DNA of 64,000 bases, from the NCBI GenBank assembly GCA_010093815.1, contig ML996572.1. The stretch is one strand, 5' to 3'. The first letter of the stretch is position 1. Every line of letters begins with the position of its first letter. Below are positions 25,338-38,738 of this stretch, one piece after another. Both the position numbers and the translations under genes were made by a program. A model generated the notes under the pieces. The model was not told where the DNA came from. It saw only the letters and a program-made list of their open reading frames with translations, and searched no databases. This stretch comes from Pseudovirgaria hyperparasitica (lineage: Eukaryota).

Positions 25338-27582
25338 CCGCTACATCTCGCTCTCTGCTCTACATCACATTACGCAACATTAAATTAACATCACCATGAA
25401 CGACGCAATTGGATAACTATGTTCTCAAAATATTCACATTGGGCCGGTGGCGCACCACAGTGGTCTGATTTGGCAGGCACTTATGAGAGGGGCGTGATAG
25501 TGCATCTGGATCTCTTGATATTGAAGCTGCCGATCGCATGGGTTTTCTTGCATGCTACTATATCCGGCTGATTGCACCTGCCTGATAAATGCCCGCGCAT
25601 CAGCAGGCGCCCCTTTGCATCTGTTGTTTTCGTCATCTTGTAATCACATTCATGGCCGTTAAGTGTAGATGAAGGGAATGCATCTTGACGCTGCAGGACG
25701 ACGTGACTATACGGTCCGTCTGCCTTCTGTACCAGCATCAACACCCGAGACTCGCCATCCCGTTAAAGCACACAATAGTTACGGGGCGGGTGTGTGTATA
25801 TATAGAGGTGAATACCAGGCAAATAGTGTCGAAAATATATGATCTGTCCTTTTTGTGATGCACGATTCCTGGGGGTGTATTTTGTTGTCAAGACTGTGGC
25901 TTACGTTCTGATGGATCTGATGCAAGCAGGCATGCATAGCACCAGCTCGTAAAGCCCCATTTTTTTTATATTTCGGATCTGCTTGTTGTGATCGTTCCCT
26001 TCCGAAGTATCCATGTATATATGGGTAGTCATGATTACGGAGTGTGGAATTGTTATGTGCATTATGCGCGGATGTGGTGTGGTTTTGTATAGGTCGTGTT
26101 TCGTCCCGCTGTGCTAAACAATAACTGGGACATTTGACGTGCTGCCTGGTGAGACTCTGATCTCATGTGCGGGTCAGGGATTTGGGAGTTCAAAGATGGA
26201 TATCGCCGGGTCGGTCAGTCAGTCTGCCAGTCAGTCAGTCAGTCAAGGGCATGAGGATGCCTACAGGACGAGTGAGATTGTCGAATAAGAGCGTGTGTAG
26301 TAGAGAATAGCTGTCTTTGTCTCGGGTCTCCGGGATTCCAGACTCCAGATGCCAGGGATAGATATATGTATATATATAAACACATATAAGACCTTGCGGT
26401 ACATGTGCCCCTTAGCGTCCCAGCCTTGAGTGCAAACCTCGATTCACACCCAACCTTCCCGTCCTACGTGACCTACGTGCCGTTGTAAATTGAAGTCATT
26501 GACACGCGTATGCGGCGTTCGTGGTGTTTACACGCATCCATGTGCCTGACCTGCATGCTCGACACTTTAAACTGGTATGGTACAGGTTCGCATGCTGATG
26601 TGGATACGAATATACGAATGCGGATGCCGGGTCCGCGAACCACGGGCCGTGAGCTATGCAAGACGGAGCCATATCAGCATGGAAATCGCGTGGCGGGTAT
26701 ACCGTTGTGTGGTTTTTTGCCGTTTCGTGCCCCTTGGTATTGTTGCCGTCCGGTGTGCTGCCGTCCCGTATCCTGCCGGGCCGCCCCACAACGGAAGCTA
26801 TTGCAATTTGGCCTGGTGTTTGGTTTCTAGGGGACTTGGAATGTGCGACTGGAAGTTTGGGTTGCGAGGTGAGAGAGATTGATAGGTTGTATTATGCTAT
26901 GAGTGATAGAGCCTTGTGGACGGTAGCCTGGAAGGAAGAGGAGCCCGCACTGCTTTGTATCTCTGGGCTTGACTGGCATCGAGGATTGGAGAATGTTGAT
27001 GTCGTGGTGCGTTTTTGTGAAAGGGCAAATCAACGTGAGGGCTCGTGTATGAATGGACTGTGCATCTTCGATACAGCTTCTGTCTCTGAAACGAAACGCT
27101 GATGTGCTGGCTACTCTGTTATGTGAGATTCTGTGAAGGCGAACAGATCTGAAACGCAAAGAAAAGCACGGATCGTGGTAGGCCATAGGGTTCGTTAGCC
27201 GACTAATCGAGCGTACGCGATTTCGGCGGTCCAAGGTCATTTCGGAGCTGCAACAAACGACTGCTACGCAGTATATGTCTCGAGTGAAGTTAGAGATGAC
27301 GAGTTGTTGGGTTGCTACACTTTGTGCGGGTCTCGTGAACTCGTTAAGTTGTCTGTCTTCGTTACCAGTCTGAACGAACGTCTCGAGCCGGGGTGAAAAC
27401 TTCTGCGACTGTGAGGATACACTGTTAAGATGCCTCCTTCACCACAAGTATGAAGCATCATCGGTAGAGTATTGACGACGCATCGCCATGAATCATGGTG
27501 CCTAACCTCCATATAATCAGCAATCTGCTAAAGAGATATTACCTTTACACTTCTTATGAATCTCACTCATAACACAGTCACC

Positions 27583-28312
27583 ATGAGCTTCACATTTCTA
27601 AGATACTTTAACCCTTTCCACCTCCTCTCAACGACGACTCGGACTACAGATCTACCAGAGAAGCCCGATTCAAAGCCACCAGCTTCACAAAATGCGTTGT
27701 CATTTGCTATGAGCAGGAAAGACTCGGTATTGAGATTGGCTATGCAGAGGAATATCCTGCCTAGGTGGATCTACCAGACCCGAGCTGGCGGATTGCATGA
27801 GCTGCGCGTACAGAAAGCGCTTGTAAGTTCGCTAGCCCTTTCAAGCGCATCAGAGACGAGTCACTGACACAATCTTATGCCGACAGGAGGAAGTGTACTC
27901 GGATATGACAAATCGCTTTGGTGTCGAGGCAGCGTTTGCAGCACGTTCTGAGTGGCGGTTCGACTACGAGAGCGAGCGGTGGTGGCTGTACTTGAACGTT
28001 CCAAAGACGCAAGGATGTTCTCATGGATCTCAGAGAGAGAGTCTAGGAGGTGAGCGTTGTTGAAGACATGGCAGGCCCGTAGAGAGGAGAGCTGACTGAC
28101 GCTCAGATGGATATGCGGTACCTTTGTCACTGCCAGCCTGGTGTTTGCCCCATGGTGAGAAAAAGCAGGTTGAAGTGCAGGAGGCTGCTTGGGAGGGGGA
28201 GTGGGCGTTGATCAATCCAAGGTGGGAAGCTGATCAGGCGAGGAAGCGGGAAGAGAATGAAAGGAAGCGGATGGCCGACGAGAAGGAGGCTGGTAGGGTC
28301 GGGGTCGCGTGA
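27583..28312 (+). CDS. Three-exon hypothetical protein, ~202 aa. Exons 27583-27822, 27887-28049, 28107-28312
   Basis: CACCATG start. Two canonical introns (GTAAGT..CTGAC..CAG and GTGAGC..CTGAC..CAG) join three stop-free segments in frame. No recognisable domain. Confidence 0.7.
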
Positions 28313-31300
28313 GGCTGACTGCTCCTGCTTGCTTTTCCTCGCTCTTGAGCCTTTAATATCTATCCTTTCGATGATTCGTATGTTAACTTCTGGTCATGTT
28401 CACATGTTAGACTTCTCAGAACGACAGTATTTAGTCGCAATGAGAAGCCAGTGTCAATACCTATGGCCTGTGGATAATTGATACACGTCGCTCAACGAAA
28501 CAGTCGAAGTAATGAATGACGCCATACATGATAGCTTGCCACACAACAGCGCCTCTAAGGATGACGTTATAGGCCCTGCTGGTATCATGTCTTCCCGTGA
28601 ATTGAATCTAAATCAACGCGGACGGGTCTTCATCGAGTCTCGCGACTGGTATCCCGGATCTCTCCTGAATCAGAAATGAACCAGAGCAGGAGTGCATAAG
28701 CGCCGGATGGGCCCGATCTTAGTCACAGTATTTGAGTTGGGTATTGCAGGTCATCGTGGAATGTAGTAGCTAATGCATCACGGCCCGATGAACAGAATAG
28801 CGTGATCTCTGGATGGATAGATGGGGTCCGAGGGCTGGTACGAACGCGATGCGGCAAATGGTATTCTTGATAGGGTGATCCCTGAGTACGAAAGCAAAGA
28901 TGGAAACATGAGGCTTGCGAGATTGCAGGTCATCTGAGCAAGGAAACAGAACGCATGGACTTGGACAAGAATGGAGATATCTAAGACGAATAGAAAGATG
29001 AAAGTCAACACTTGGCGAGCTAGTTGGGGAATGAGAGACGCGTGACCTGAAGTTGGCTGGCTAGCAGTCTCCGGGAGAAAAGTGAGTGCTGGCCAGTACA
29101 GGAACGAAGTTGAAGCAGCAAGGTGATGAACATTGCTCTCGCGGATCAGAAGAGCTGGAGATGTGGAGACGGGATTAAAGCGAATATGCATCAAAGCAAG
29201 GTTGTACTCTGAAACATGGGGAACAAAGGTAGCGTACACCGTAGATATGAGTCACAATGAGGCCTCAGGCTAGCCAGCGAGACGTGAGTGCGAGGTGCAG
29301 ATGGTGAAACACGCGCAACGACGGCTCTCGTGGCGCACGCGATCGTGGACGTGTATGCTTGTAAATATGTAGCTGTATGTTTGTAATATAATTATATAAT
29401 AGTAGTTGTACTTGTAGCTGTGACTGTGTGTGGTACGGTGGTGGTACATCGTGGTGTTGTGACGTCGTGCCGGACTTGGGCTCCTCACCGCATCGTTCGA
29501 GTGGCAAGATCATCATAACAATAATGTATAGCAGACGCATCGGAAGGAGGCAACAGAAGGGCGCGTGACCCTGGAGTGACAGTAGTATGATTTATAGTAG
29601 GAATTTGAGCATCTGTGCCATCAGTTCACGATGTAAGTGTTATGTAGGTAGGTATTGATTATTATGTATGTAGTAAGGCGTTGTGTCGGCTTCTGTCGGG
29701 CATGAACAGAAATGCATCCCTGCAAAGCTGAGGGTGGATAATTCAGATTCTCGAACAGGTTAGCAGACTGGACGATGCATCTGGCGCCGAGTCATGCGTT
29801 AGAGTATGGTAAATCATGACTACAGTATGTCTGCATGGTAAAACACGTTGAGCCAGTTGGTCGGAAGCGCCGCACTGCAAACTCTCGCACGTTTAAGGAT
29901 CCATGGAAGCGAACATCTATCGATAACAAGCCCCACATCTACCATGCACGGCCAGACCACGTTCAACCACATACAATCTGGGGTTCGTGGTCGTAATTGT
30001 GGTCATGGTTGTGGTCATAGTCGTGGTCATAATCATGGTCGTGGTCCCCGTTTGACAGAGGCGAGAGAGCCAGCAATGGAGTGGCTACTGTCATCCGGGT
30101 TTTCCAGAGACGACCTGGGGCATGACGCAACACCGAAGCCTGCAAGCGCCAGTACATACAGTAGATGGTATGACATCAACTGTAGTGGCGGTTACGGTGA
30201 TGCCCAAAGTGATGATTCCGTTGCATCGCATGACATGGCCTTGCATCGCATCGCAGCGCATCACAACCGCTTCATCATTGTGTTGTTACATTCATCATTG
30301 CGGACAAGGCGAGATCGACAGACAGCCTGCGCCACACAGCACGATGTTGGGAATCGTCCAAGGTAAGAGCCGGATCTGCCGCGTGGCTGTGTGGCTGTGT
30401 CGCGCTTAGCTGGAACAGGCACGAGCACGAGCATGAGCACAGACGTCAAAGCGATCCATGCGTCCTCGTCGTTGGAAATAACTCAATTGTCTTGTGTTGG
30501 TGGCTAGGTACGAGGCAGATGGAGGATCACGACCGACCTCAACACGGCTCGTCATTATTCTGTTTTCCAAGCAACAACTTCATATCAACTATCAATTAGT
30601 AAACTGGATCGGGAACAGGAACAGGAACGAGAAGATGACTTTGAGAGGAGGTTTACCCTGGGGGGAGCGGGTGCTTCATGACCCCAAGCGAAAAAGAACT
30701 CAAAAGGTCAAGAGGGCAAAAGTGGCACGGCCTCCCACAGCCGAGCGTCCCCCTGTCTACGGCGTGTGATTGGCTGGATGTTTTTGAGCCTAGTTTTGGC
30801 CGCGAGAAACGTCAACCTGTCATCCAGCTTTTCTCTTCTCTCTCACCGTCGCGTCCCTCACACCATCCCGCACCATCAAACATTGATGATGATACTATCC
30901 CAATCCGGTAGTCTGCGCCGTTTTGCTATCCTCGCTATCCTCTGAATGCTTCGAGAACCGCCCTCACCATCCCTGCCCAGACTCCGTTTGGTTCGCAGAC
31001 CGACCACTCCACCCCAGATCTGCGTGAGCCACCATCTTCGGCTCTTCAGGGGGCAGAAGAAGGAGATGAGAATGGAGATGGAAATCAAGATGAAGATGAA
31101 GATGAAGGAGAGGAGGATGAAGAACAGACGAGGCCAGATGAGAAATGGCTTGATGATGGCTTGTTTGCTATACTTCCTCGGCCCTTCCCTCAGCTCCCCC
31201 ATGTCGTCCTTGGCTTTTATTCTCTCCTCCTTACTCGTTGCTCCTTACTCCTTAGACGTTAGGCCCTTCGCATGCATGTCTTGTTTACACTGTAGATGCT

Positions 31301-32005
31301 CAATCTGGTTGTGAGTAGACGCATACCTCCAAGTGTCAGCTTCCATCGCTGCGGCGTCGCGGTAAGCATCGTAATTTCTTGCATGCAGACCTTTGCGCGA
31401 ACCACGGGACGGAGCAGGCCATACACTCGGAGGGAGCCCTTCCCCCTTCCTCCTAGCAGAGACTACTCATGCACCTCTGGACAAGTCTGACTCTTTCACC
31501 CACAGCAAGCCTGGCCCGTCCGTCCAGCGTTCCTCATGCACCGCTGACTCCTCTGGGTAAATGTAGCGAAAGAGAAAAAAAAAACGGCGCTGGAAAGAAG
31601 TGGAGCCTTGGAGAGAGCAGTAGTACTGTAGCAGTGCGTGCAGCGCAGTGCCTCTAAAAGTTTAGTCGGCACGCGCGCCACCACCACCTTGACCCTCTCG
31701 CCCATCCATCAGATTGCCCGATTTAAGAGTCCTACTATCCCCACCCCACCTACACTTCCGCCTCTACCCTACTCACCTCCCTCTCCGCCATCCTCATTCG
31801 CCATCCTTATTTTCTACCTCTTGTCAAGGCCTCTATAATCCTCACCTTGATTCAACTACACTTGACTTCTTCCCTTTATTTTTTTTTTCTTCTTTTCGTT
31901 CTGCTCCCAGTCTGAATTTCATCGTCGTCGCCACTCGTCCCACTCTTCATCGCATCTGATATCAAGTCTCGCCACACACACTCCTCTCTCGCACACACAT
32001 TCGCA

Positions 32006-33067
32006 ATGCCGGTGTCGTTACTACCTGCCTCCGCTGCTGCCTTTGCTCCGCGTTCAGCTCCTACCGTCGTCCTGAACACAAAGGTGGAAGCCTGGTTGAC
32101 ACAGACGCTCAAGAGAGTGAACCGGGTGAAGCGGCCGCTGAATTCGGCTCCACAGCACTTTCGATGTCTCACCGAAACACTGTCTGGTCCTGCAGCCATC
32201 TGGTCACTTTGCTCCATCATGCTTCCGAAGGCTCCTGATTCCGAGTTACGCAAAGACTCAAATCCACTGGTCGAGGCCATGTTCAACTACCAGCTCATAC
32301 ATATTGAGGCATACGTCGTACACGTCGACATGGTATCACAACATGAGGTTGCATTCAAGCTGACCCAGGACACTATCGACTCCCTGATCGAGTACCACAA
32401 GGACATCTACTCCGTCGACGTCTCTGCCTCAACCTGGTCCTGGGCCGAGAAGGAGTCCCAGCTGAAGAAATTGCAAGAGGAATTCGTGCAGTCCATCAAC
32501 CGCTACGTTTTCCGGACCGGAGTGCGCGCATTGGAAGGCCTGGAAGAAGATGGTGCCGGCGAACTGCTCGAAGGGAGGGCTGAGGACGTCAAGAATGCCA
32601 TCATGGGTCTCTTCCTTCCATTGTTGCCGCCCCCGCCACGGATCGTCGATGTCGTTCGCCCGGCTGCTGTTCTCCCAAGCTCCCCTGCCGGGAACAACTG
32701 GTGGCAACCGACGGAGGTCATGCAACACCAGCAACACCCCGTGCAGATGGATTCGTGGAAAGTCCTACCTTCGACGCCTAGTCCAACCATCACTACTTGC
32801 AGCGACCCTCAGTCTACCTTTTGGTCCTCAATGGTCATGAACGATGCTCAACTGCCGTCTCCAACTCCATCATTCAGCCAACCGTATACAACGGAGAGTC
32901 ATTATTGTAGCTCGCCTCCAGCAATGGCTCCGATCCCGTCTCTTCCACTCCCTAGCGTCCTGGCTCAGCAGTGCGGCACCAGTGCCATCAACTCGAGCTA
33001 TCACGGTAGCTATCACAGCTACGGATGGTCGAACGACTTCACTCCACAATACGCTACCGGCTACTGA
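32006..33067 (+). CDS. Conserved fungal hypothetical protein (353 aa), intronless
   Basis: Long ORF with coding-like composition, a globular N-terminal region (WLTQTLKRVNRVKRPLN...IHIEAYVVHVDMV..EVAFKLT) and a Pro/Ser-rich tail. A pyrimidine-rich leader lies upstream. Confidence 0.88.
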   Translation: MPVSLLPASAAAFAPRSAPTVVLNTKVEAWLTQTLKRVNRVKRPLNSAPQHFRCLTETLSGPAAIWSLCSIMLPKAPDSELRKDSNPLVEAMFNYQLIHIEAYVVHVDMVSQHEVAFKLTQDTIDSLIEYHKDIYSVDVSASTWSWAEKESQLKKLQEEFVQSINRYVFRTGVRALEGLEEDGAGELLEGRAEDVKNAIMGLFLPLLPPPPRIVDVVRPAAVLPSSPAGNNWWQPTEVMQHQQHPVQMDSWKVLPSTPSPTITTCSDPQSTFWSSMVMNDAQLPSPTPSFSQPYTTESHYCSSPPAMAPIPSLPLPSVLAQQCGTSAINSSYHGSYHSYGWSNDFTPQYATGY

Positions 33068-34625
33068 TCACGTGGCATATTTTGCCCTCTATGCCCCACT
33101 CACTCCACGGACGGCCTCTTAATCCTTGCCTCAGATGCGACGCCTGACACGAGACTCACCGATACCGATGCATGACGCGATGCCGCCCACGGCTTCACTA
33201 AAACCCACTGGGACGGCGTTTCATCAACATTTAGCGACTTTGATGTTTTTACAGCTTGGGAATACCTGGAGAGACCGTATATTCGGCTCCGTTATTTCAT
33301 TATATTTGCTTTGTCCATCTGTCTTTTAGCGAGCGTTGTATTTTCGTCTTATGTTGTTCTGTCTTCTTGTTGCATCAGCGCTCGGGGCAGGCATCCTCCA
33401 CCTTCGTTTTTCCATTACGGCATCTCTGGGAGGTACAGCATTTGTGAGCATTTTATAAAGACGGAACAAAGGCCTCACGGCTGCGGGTTTTCTCCTTTTG
33501 GTCGTTTTGGACGGATTTGTGCGCAAAGCAACGCTGCTACATGCCATCGAGTTGAGTCTACTCCTGGTCCATGTAGTATCCGTCAGCTTGCGCCACCGTT
33601 CTGTCTTACCCGGACCCGGGCATTGACTGCTCGGCTGGACATTCAGGGAAGGCGGCGACGTGCGCACGTCGTTGGCTGCGGGTCTGCCAGCGCGTGTGTT
33701 TGTGCTTGTCCACGCCACATACGATCCACGAAGGAGGCGATTCAGGTGATCAGAGCTCAAAGCCAGAGAAACGGTCTGCTGCGTGCGGCGGGCTTAAGCA
33801 CTCTCTGGCGGGCTCATTGGATCTGGTCTTGTGCTCTCGCGGGTATGTGGTGCGTGGACATGGACATAAATTTAGACATTGGGTATATTCCTCCCCTGTC
33901 GGCCCCTCGAAGATTCTGTTGACTGGTATGCGAGATCATCCTGTCGAGAGTCTTGGTCGGGCTGTCTCCGATTGATTCGGAGACTGGAAGGCCGGAAGCA
34001 GGCATTCCGGTCGATACACCACAATATACAGATAAACTTAATAAAAGAAGATCTGAATGATGACATGATGAAGTTCCTATGTTCTGTCTTGATGCCACGG
34101 CTCCCTGTGTAATATAATTCAAGGCATATATGCTGTCTTCGTGTGATTCGCGATACTGCATACTGTACATCATCCAGTCACACGCGCGATTGCATGGTCG
34201 GGCCCCGGGACGCGCTACTCTACGAGCTATTACTCGATATCGGGCTAAAGGGTAGATAACGTCAATATTAACAATGTTACTCGGTTCAGAATGCAGGACG
34301 ACACAGCCCGTGTTGGTAGAATGACATTATCTGAAGGAGATGTTCGCACAATCCTGGCCAGATACCCAGTGGCTGTGCTATTATTATTAATAGTTGACGG
34401 TGTTTGAGGCCGTGTGTGGGGACAAACCCGAAAGACCCGGCGCCCGCCCGTGAACGACAGCATGACTACTGCTACTACTACTACCATCACTGTGAAAGAC
34501 CTCTCTATCAGATGCAACTCCGCACTCCTCTACACCTCCTCGCCATGTCTTAGACTTTATCCCCTCTTCCAACCGAGTCAACACACCCTCTTACCACGCC
34601 AGTCTCCCCCTGCTTCCAACAAGCT

Positions 34626-36934
34626 ATGGAGACTGCTCCGATGAACCGGGCGTCTAGCCCAGTCGCTTCTGTACGTGACCCCGGCGCTCCCCGACCTCTG
34701 CAGTCACCGTGCAAGTCAATCTGCAATATCTTGGTATGCTTATGACTTCATTCTAGCGCCTGGAACATCGATCGAGTACGCCTTCGTATCTGACCGCCTT
34801 GCGCGGCTTGGAAAACCCGGTTTCCAGCTCTGTCCTCAATATCGCCGACACCCTCACCACCACCTCCGCCGAGGACGACGTCGTTGCCGATAACGTTCGC
34901 TTTCTGCGCTCACCTGTCGATCCGCAAGAAGAATGGAGGGCAGAGAATGCTAGGGAGGAGACTACTAGAGACCGGCAGCGCACGGTATTGGAACACCGAG
35001 CAGAAGAGCGGGAGCGGAGGGAGCGGATGCTGATGGTAATGACCCGGCTGGATGGTTTGCGGAGGCAAGATTCGTCCCAATCCTCATACAGCGACCGTGT
35101 CCCAAGTCAGAACAGCCTGTACGACTGGTCGCCTGCTAATGATGAGGACGAACTTAATGCTTTAATGCAAGGTTTGCGGCAGCAGCAACCCACCACCAAT
35201 CCAGAGATTCTACGTTCCATGGGACGTTCGCACCTGGAATCGGAGCGTCAGTCACAAAACCGCGCATACAACACCTCCCGATTTCTCAGCTCGACACAGC
35301 CTTCACATTCTTCTGAGAGTTCGCTGCGGGCCACAGCTATCGTCCAGTCTGTTCGTCGTCATCCTCGTTTCTCGGATCGCTCTCGACACTACATGCAGCG
35401 ACACACCGCCGATAGAGAACAAGCCCAGCGGGCCGCTGCGGACAACGACATGCCTGCAAGAAACTCTACCTTCAGTCCTCGCATTCCTGCCGTAACGATC
35501 CCAAGAGACCTCAGTCGATACGAGCAGAATAGGAGATCCTGGCAGGCTGAGCAGACCCGTACGCCTGATTCGCAGGCCGAATCAGACAGACTACGGAGTT
35601 CTGACAGTACTACTCGACCCCCGGTGGACTCATATAGGCGAACCTATCTCGAAGATCCGATCGTAAAGCGTAAAGCCTCACCACCTACGCCATCTCTTCA
35701 GCAAACAATCAGATACCTTTCAGGCCTTAGATATTGCCAGTCTTATGAAGAAAGTCTCCACTGTGCCGCTGAAGCGGGCTTCCCAACTACGAACTTAGCT
35801 GGCGATACCGTCGAAGTGCACAACGACTTCCTCCTTCATCTATCCTGCATACCCGAACCTGCCGAAACCTCGTGGCTTCGACCAGGCGCCGTCCTCGGAG
35901 GCCATCAGCATGCTACATCGGCGACGTCGGCTCCAAGCACATCAGCACGACCACCGACTATTTCACGACTCCCGAACGGCAACATTGTTTCAGATTGGTT
36001 GCATGTCGCCGACGATTCCACGCATCCAGTCTCGTCAACAGCTTCTTCTCGTCCAGATTGGCCTGCTGCTCTTCACCCCAACCACACCCCCTGGAACACT
36101 CGCAACAACGATCTTCCACCGCACGCTCGCCGTGCCGTCGACCCTATCGCTCGCCAGATATCTACTGCTTCTCTGTCCCGACAAACAGCTGCCGCAAACA
36201 TCGCCCGGCTACATGCGCCTCCTCTCCCAACCCAAAGCCAAGACAAAGATAAACTCCAAGACTGCTGGCCCGTCGACGTCAGCATCCACGCTGTCGACTA
36301 TAAAACACATAAGATCTCCGCCACAATGGACGCATATAACGTTCCGGCGCTTCCAAATGCAATCACTGGCGTACGCTCGCCCGCGCACAGCATAACAACC
36401 TACCTCGAGGGCGAGATCCTGAACCTCCGGGACATTGGCTTTCTGACGGAGAACTTTCCGAGCAGCGCAGAGACAGACGCGGTGTATTGGAGCAAGTTAC
36501 CGCCCTTCAAGGACTACACAGAGTCTGAGCTCGTGGAGCGACTTACAAGCAAAACCTGGCTGCGCACAACAGGCGAACAGTTTGTATTTATGCGGTGGAA
36601 AGAGCGATGTTTCGTGTCTCGGACGACGGAAAACAACTCCCCTGAATGGATGACGCAAGATCTCACCCTTCCTGCATCAAGAAATTGGTATCAACGCCGC
36701 AATATAACGCCCAACACCAACCCAGCTGGAAGTGGCTACACGACTAGCTATGCCCCCTTCCCAGACGGCACAGAACACTGTGGGTTGACTATCTCGGGCT
36801 TTTATTATGTGTCTCTGCGGCTCAGTGACGGTCACGTTGAGGGGCTATATCATGACCCGCAAAGCTCGCCGTACCAACATCTGACGCTGGAAAGCGAGAA
36901 ACATGGTGTTGGAGGAGCCTGGGGATTTCGATGA
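34626..36934 (+). CDS. Vid24/Gid4-domain protein (GID/CTLH ubiquitin-ligase substrate receptor-like), ~740 aa. Exons 34626-34670, 34757-36934
   Basis: C-terminal WLRPG..GHQ, W.V.V.IH.VD, ITTYLEGEI, FMRWKE.CF and GLTISGFYYV..R..G.VEGLY.DP.SSPYQ.L.L motifs. The GTACGT..TAG intron joins in frame. Confidence 0.85.
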
Positions 36935-36956
36935 AGGGCGAACGACCAGGACAGGG

Positions 36957-36958
<2 letters not shown>

Positions 36959-36988
<30 letters not shown>
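36959..36988 (+). repeat. (GA)15 microsatellite in the 3' UTR of the Gid4-like gene
   Basis: Read directly from the sequence. Confidence 0.95.
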
Positions 36989-36989
<1 letters not shown>

Positions 36990-38738
36990 GAGATACCTTG
37001 GACAGATTGCTGACGGATCGCTTGCTTGCCTGCTTGTTCTATCTATCTATATACGCTGCCCTATACCTATTACCCCCTATGCCGGTAGGGCGGGAGCCCT
37101 GCACGTACCATTTATACCGATCATCTATCAATCACCCCCCGGCGTGGGGTTCATTGGGCTCTTGGTTGTTCTTTCTTCTGACTTACTTGCCCGGGGAATT
37201 TGAGGGCTAGACATGGTGTGCTGGGACGGACGGGATCATGGATGAATGGATGTATGGACGGATGGGCAGATGGTCCGTGGCGTTTAGTTGTTCTGCGTCG
37301 TCATGACTAAGGAGAGAAATAGAAGACTTGTGAGACGTTGGTGAATTTATGCGCGAGTGCTTGTCAAAGTTACTGCTTGCTGCTGCTGGTGCGTATGCTG
37401 GGACAGCAGTAGTATTATTTTGTGTAGATCCACCCAACTTGCTTTTCACTTTGTGTCGTGCTTATCCAAGTAGAGGCCGGCGAACATGGATGGAATAGAA
37501 TGGGTCGAAGCACGAAGGGAATGAAAAAGGGAAGCGTACCCAGCATGGTCCAGTATAACGATTTGGAAATGAGATGGAATAGGATGGGATGAGGGTGAGT
37601 TCTGATCCAGATTTTAATTCAAACAAGCTAGAGTAGGGATCCTGGAAGAGGGAACATGACTTCGTATTGGTACCTAGAGGAGTAAGTAGATAAGTAAGTG
37701 ATGTAGATGTAGATGGATATATGTAGAATAGATGTGCTGTTGTCTAGTTGGTATGCGGCAGATGAAGATAATCAGCGGGTTTAGGACGACAAAAGCTCAG
37801 AGCCACAGCGCTTGGGCGCTCCTACTAGATTAGATAGACACCGACAGTGTCAAACGAGGGGAAGGTTTCGGTGAGACTCTTAAGAACGAGGAAAAGTTGT
37901 GTGTCTGTTTTGTCCCCCGCACCTAATTAGCTACACTTCATCCCAGCATGTATATAGACCGTTATAGTACCTCTTTTATGTCTCTAGAGCTATACCAATG
38001 GAGTAGCCAGACATCTTCCTAGGGATCTTGACGCAAAGAATAAACCGTAGACCCAAGTAGACCTGCACGATTAACGTATCACTGTTCGTGCATGTATTCT
38101 CCTGTTCCGTGGCCTACGGCTTTGCCTCGAGTATCATACTTTCATACGTACACACACATACACATATACACAAACAAACACGCATCCCATGTCAGTCACG
38201 CACAGACTAGACTCAGACCCCTCTTCATAACACGAGCTCAAGCTCAGCATTCACAATACCTAACATCTTTCTTTGAACTTCACCTCTGTATCAGAAGTCG
38301 ACCTGATTCATAAATGGTTGTGCGATGAAGGCATGTACTACAAAAGTCTCCTTTTCCGTCGCATCACCACGGGCTTAAGTGTTGTTCGAGTGCAGCTTTC
38401 AAGGGGCCGGGATGCTATTTTTCTGACTTGGAGCTCATAATTTATGGATGGTTAATTTGATGATAGGAATCAAGCAAGCTCGAATACATGGGTCGCAGCT
38501 TCAGACCACCCCTGATGCGGGTGTCCGGCTTTGTGTCGGGACGGACATGCTAAGACATGCCCCTTGGCAATGACACCGAAGAGGAGATTCGAGATCTTCA
38601 TAGTTGGAGGCAGAGCTTCCACTGATCAATCTATGATATCGAGAATTATAGCCTCGCTAGACGAGGTTGTTTCTCACACACCATCCATCTTTCTTTGAGC
38701 TCTCATGGTTCCATAATAGATTCCTGCTATCTGACCAC

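Noticed and set aside
28778..29239. 153-aa minus-strand ORF
   Set aside because: GTG start, no recognisable domain and no supporting splice structure.
29848..30366. 172-aa ORF with GHG repeats
   Set aside because: TTG start, driven by a hexamer microsatellite, and no domain recognised.
30946..31314. ORF with MKMKMK repeats, and its antisense FIFIFI ORF
   Set aside because: By-product of a GATGAA low-complexity tract.
33311..33922. 203-aa ORF downstream of the 353-aa gene
   Set aside because: Non-ATG start and Cys/Arg-rich random-like composition. Probably 3' UTR or intergenic sequence.
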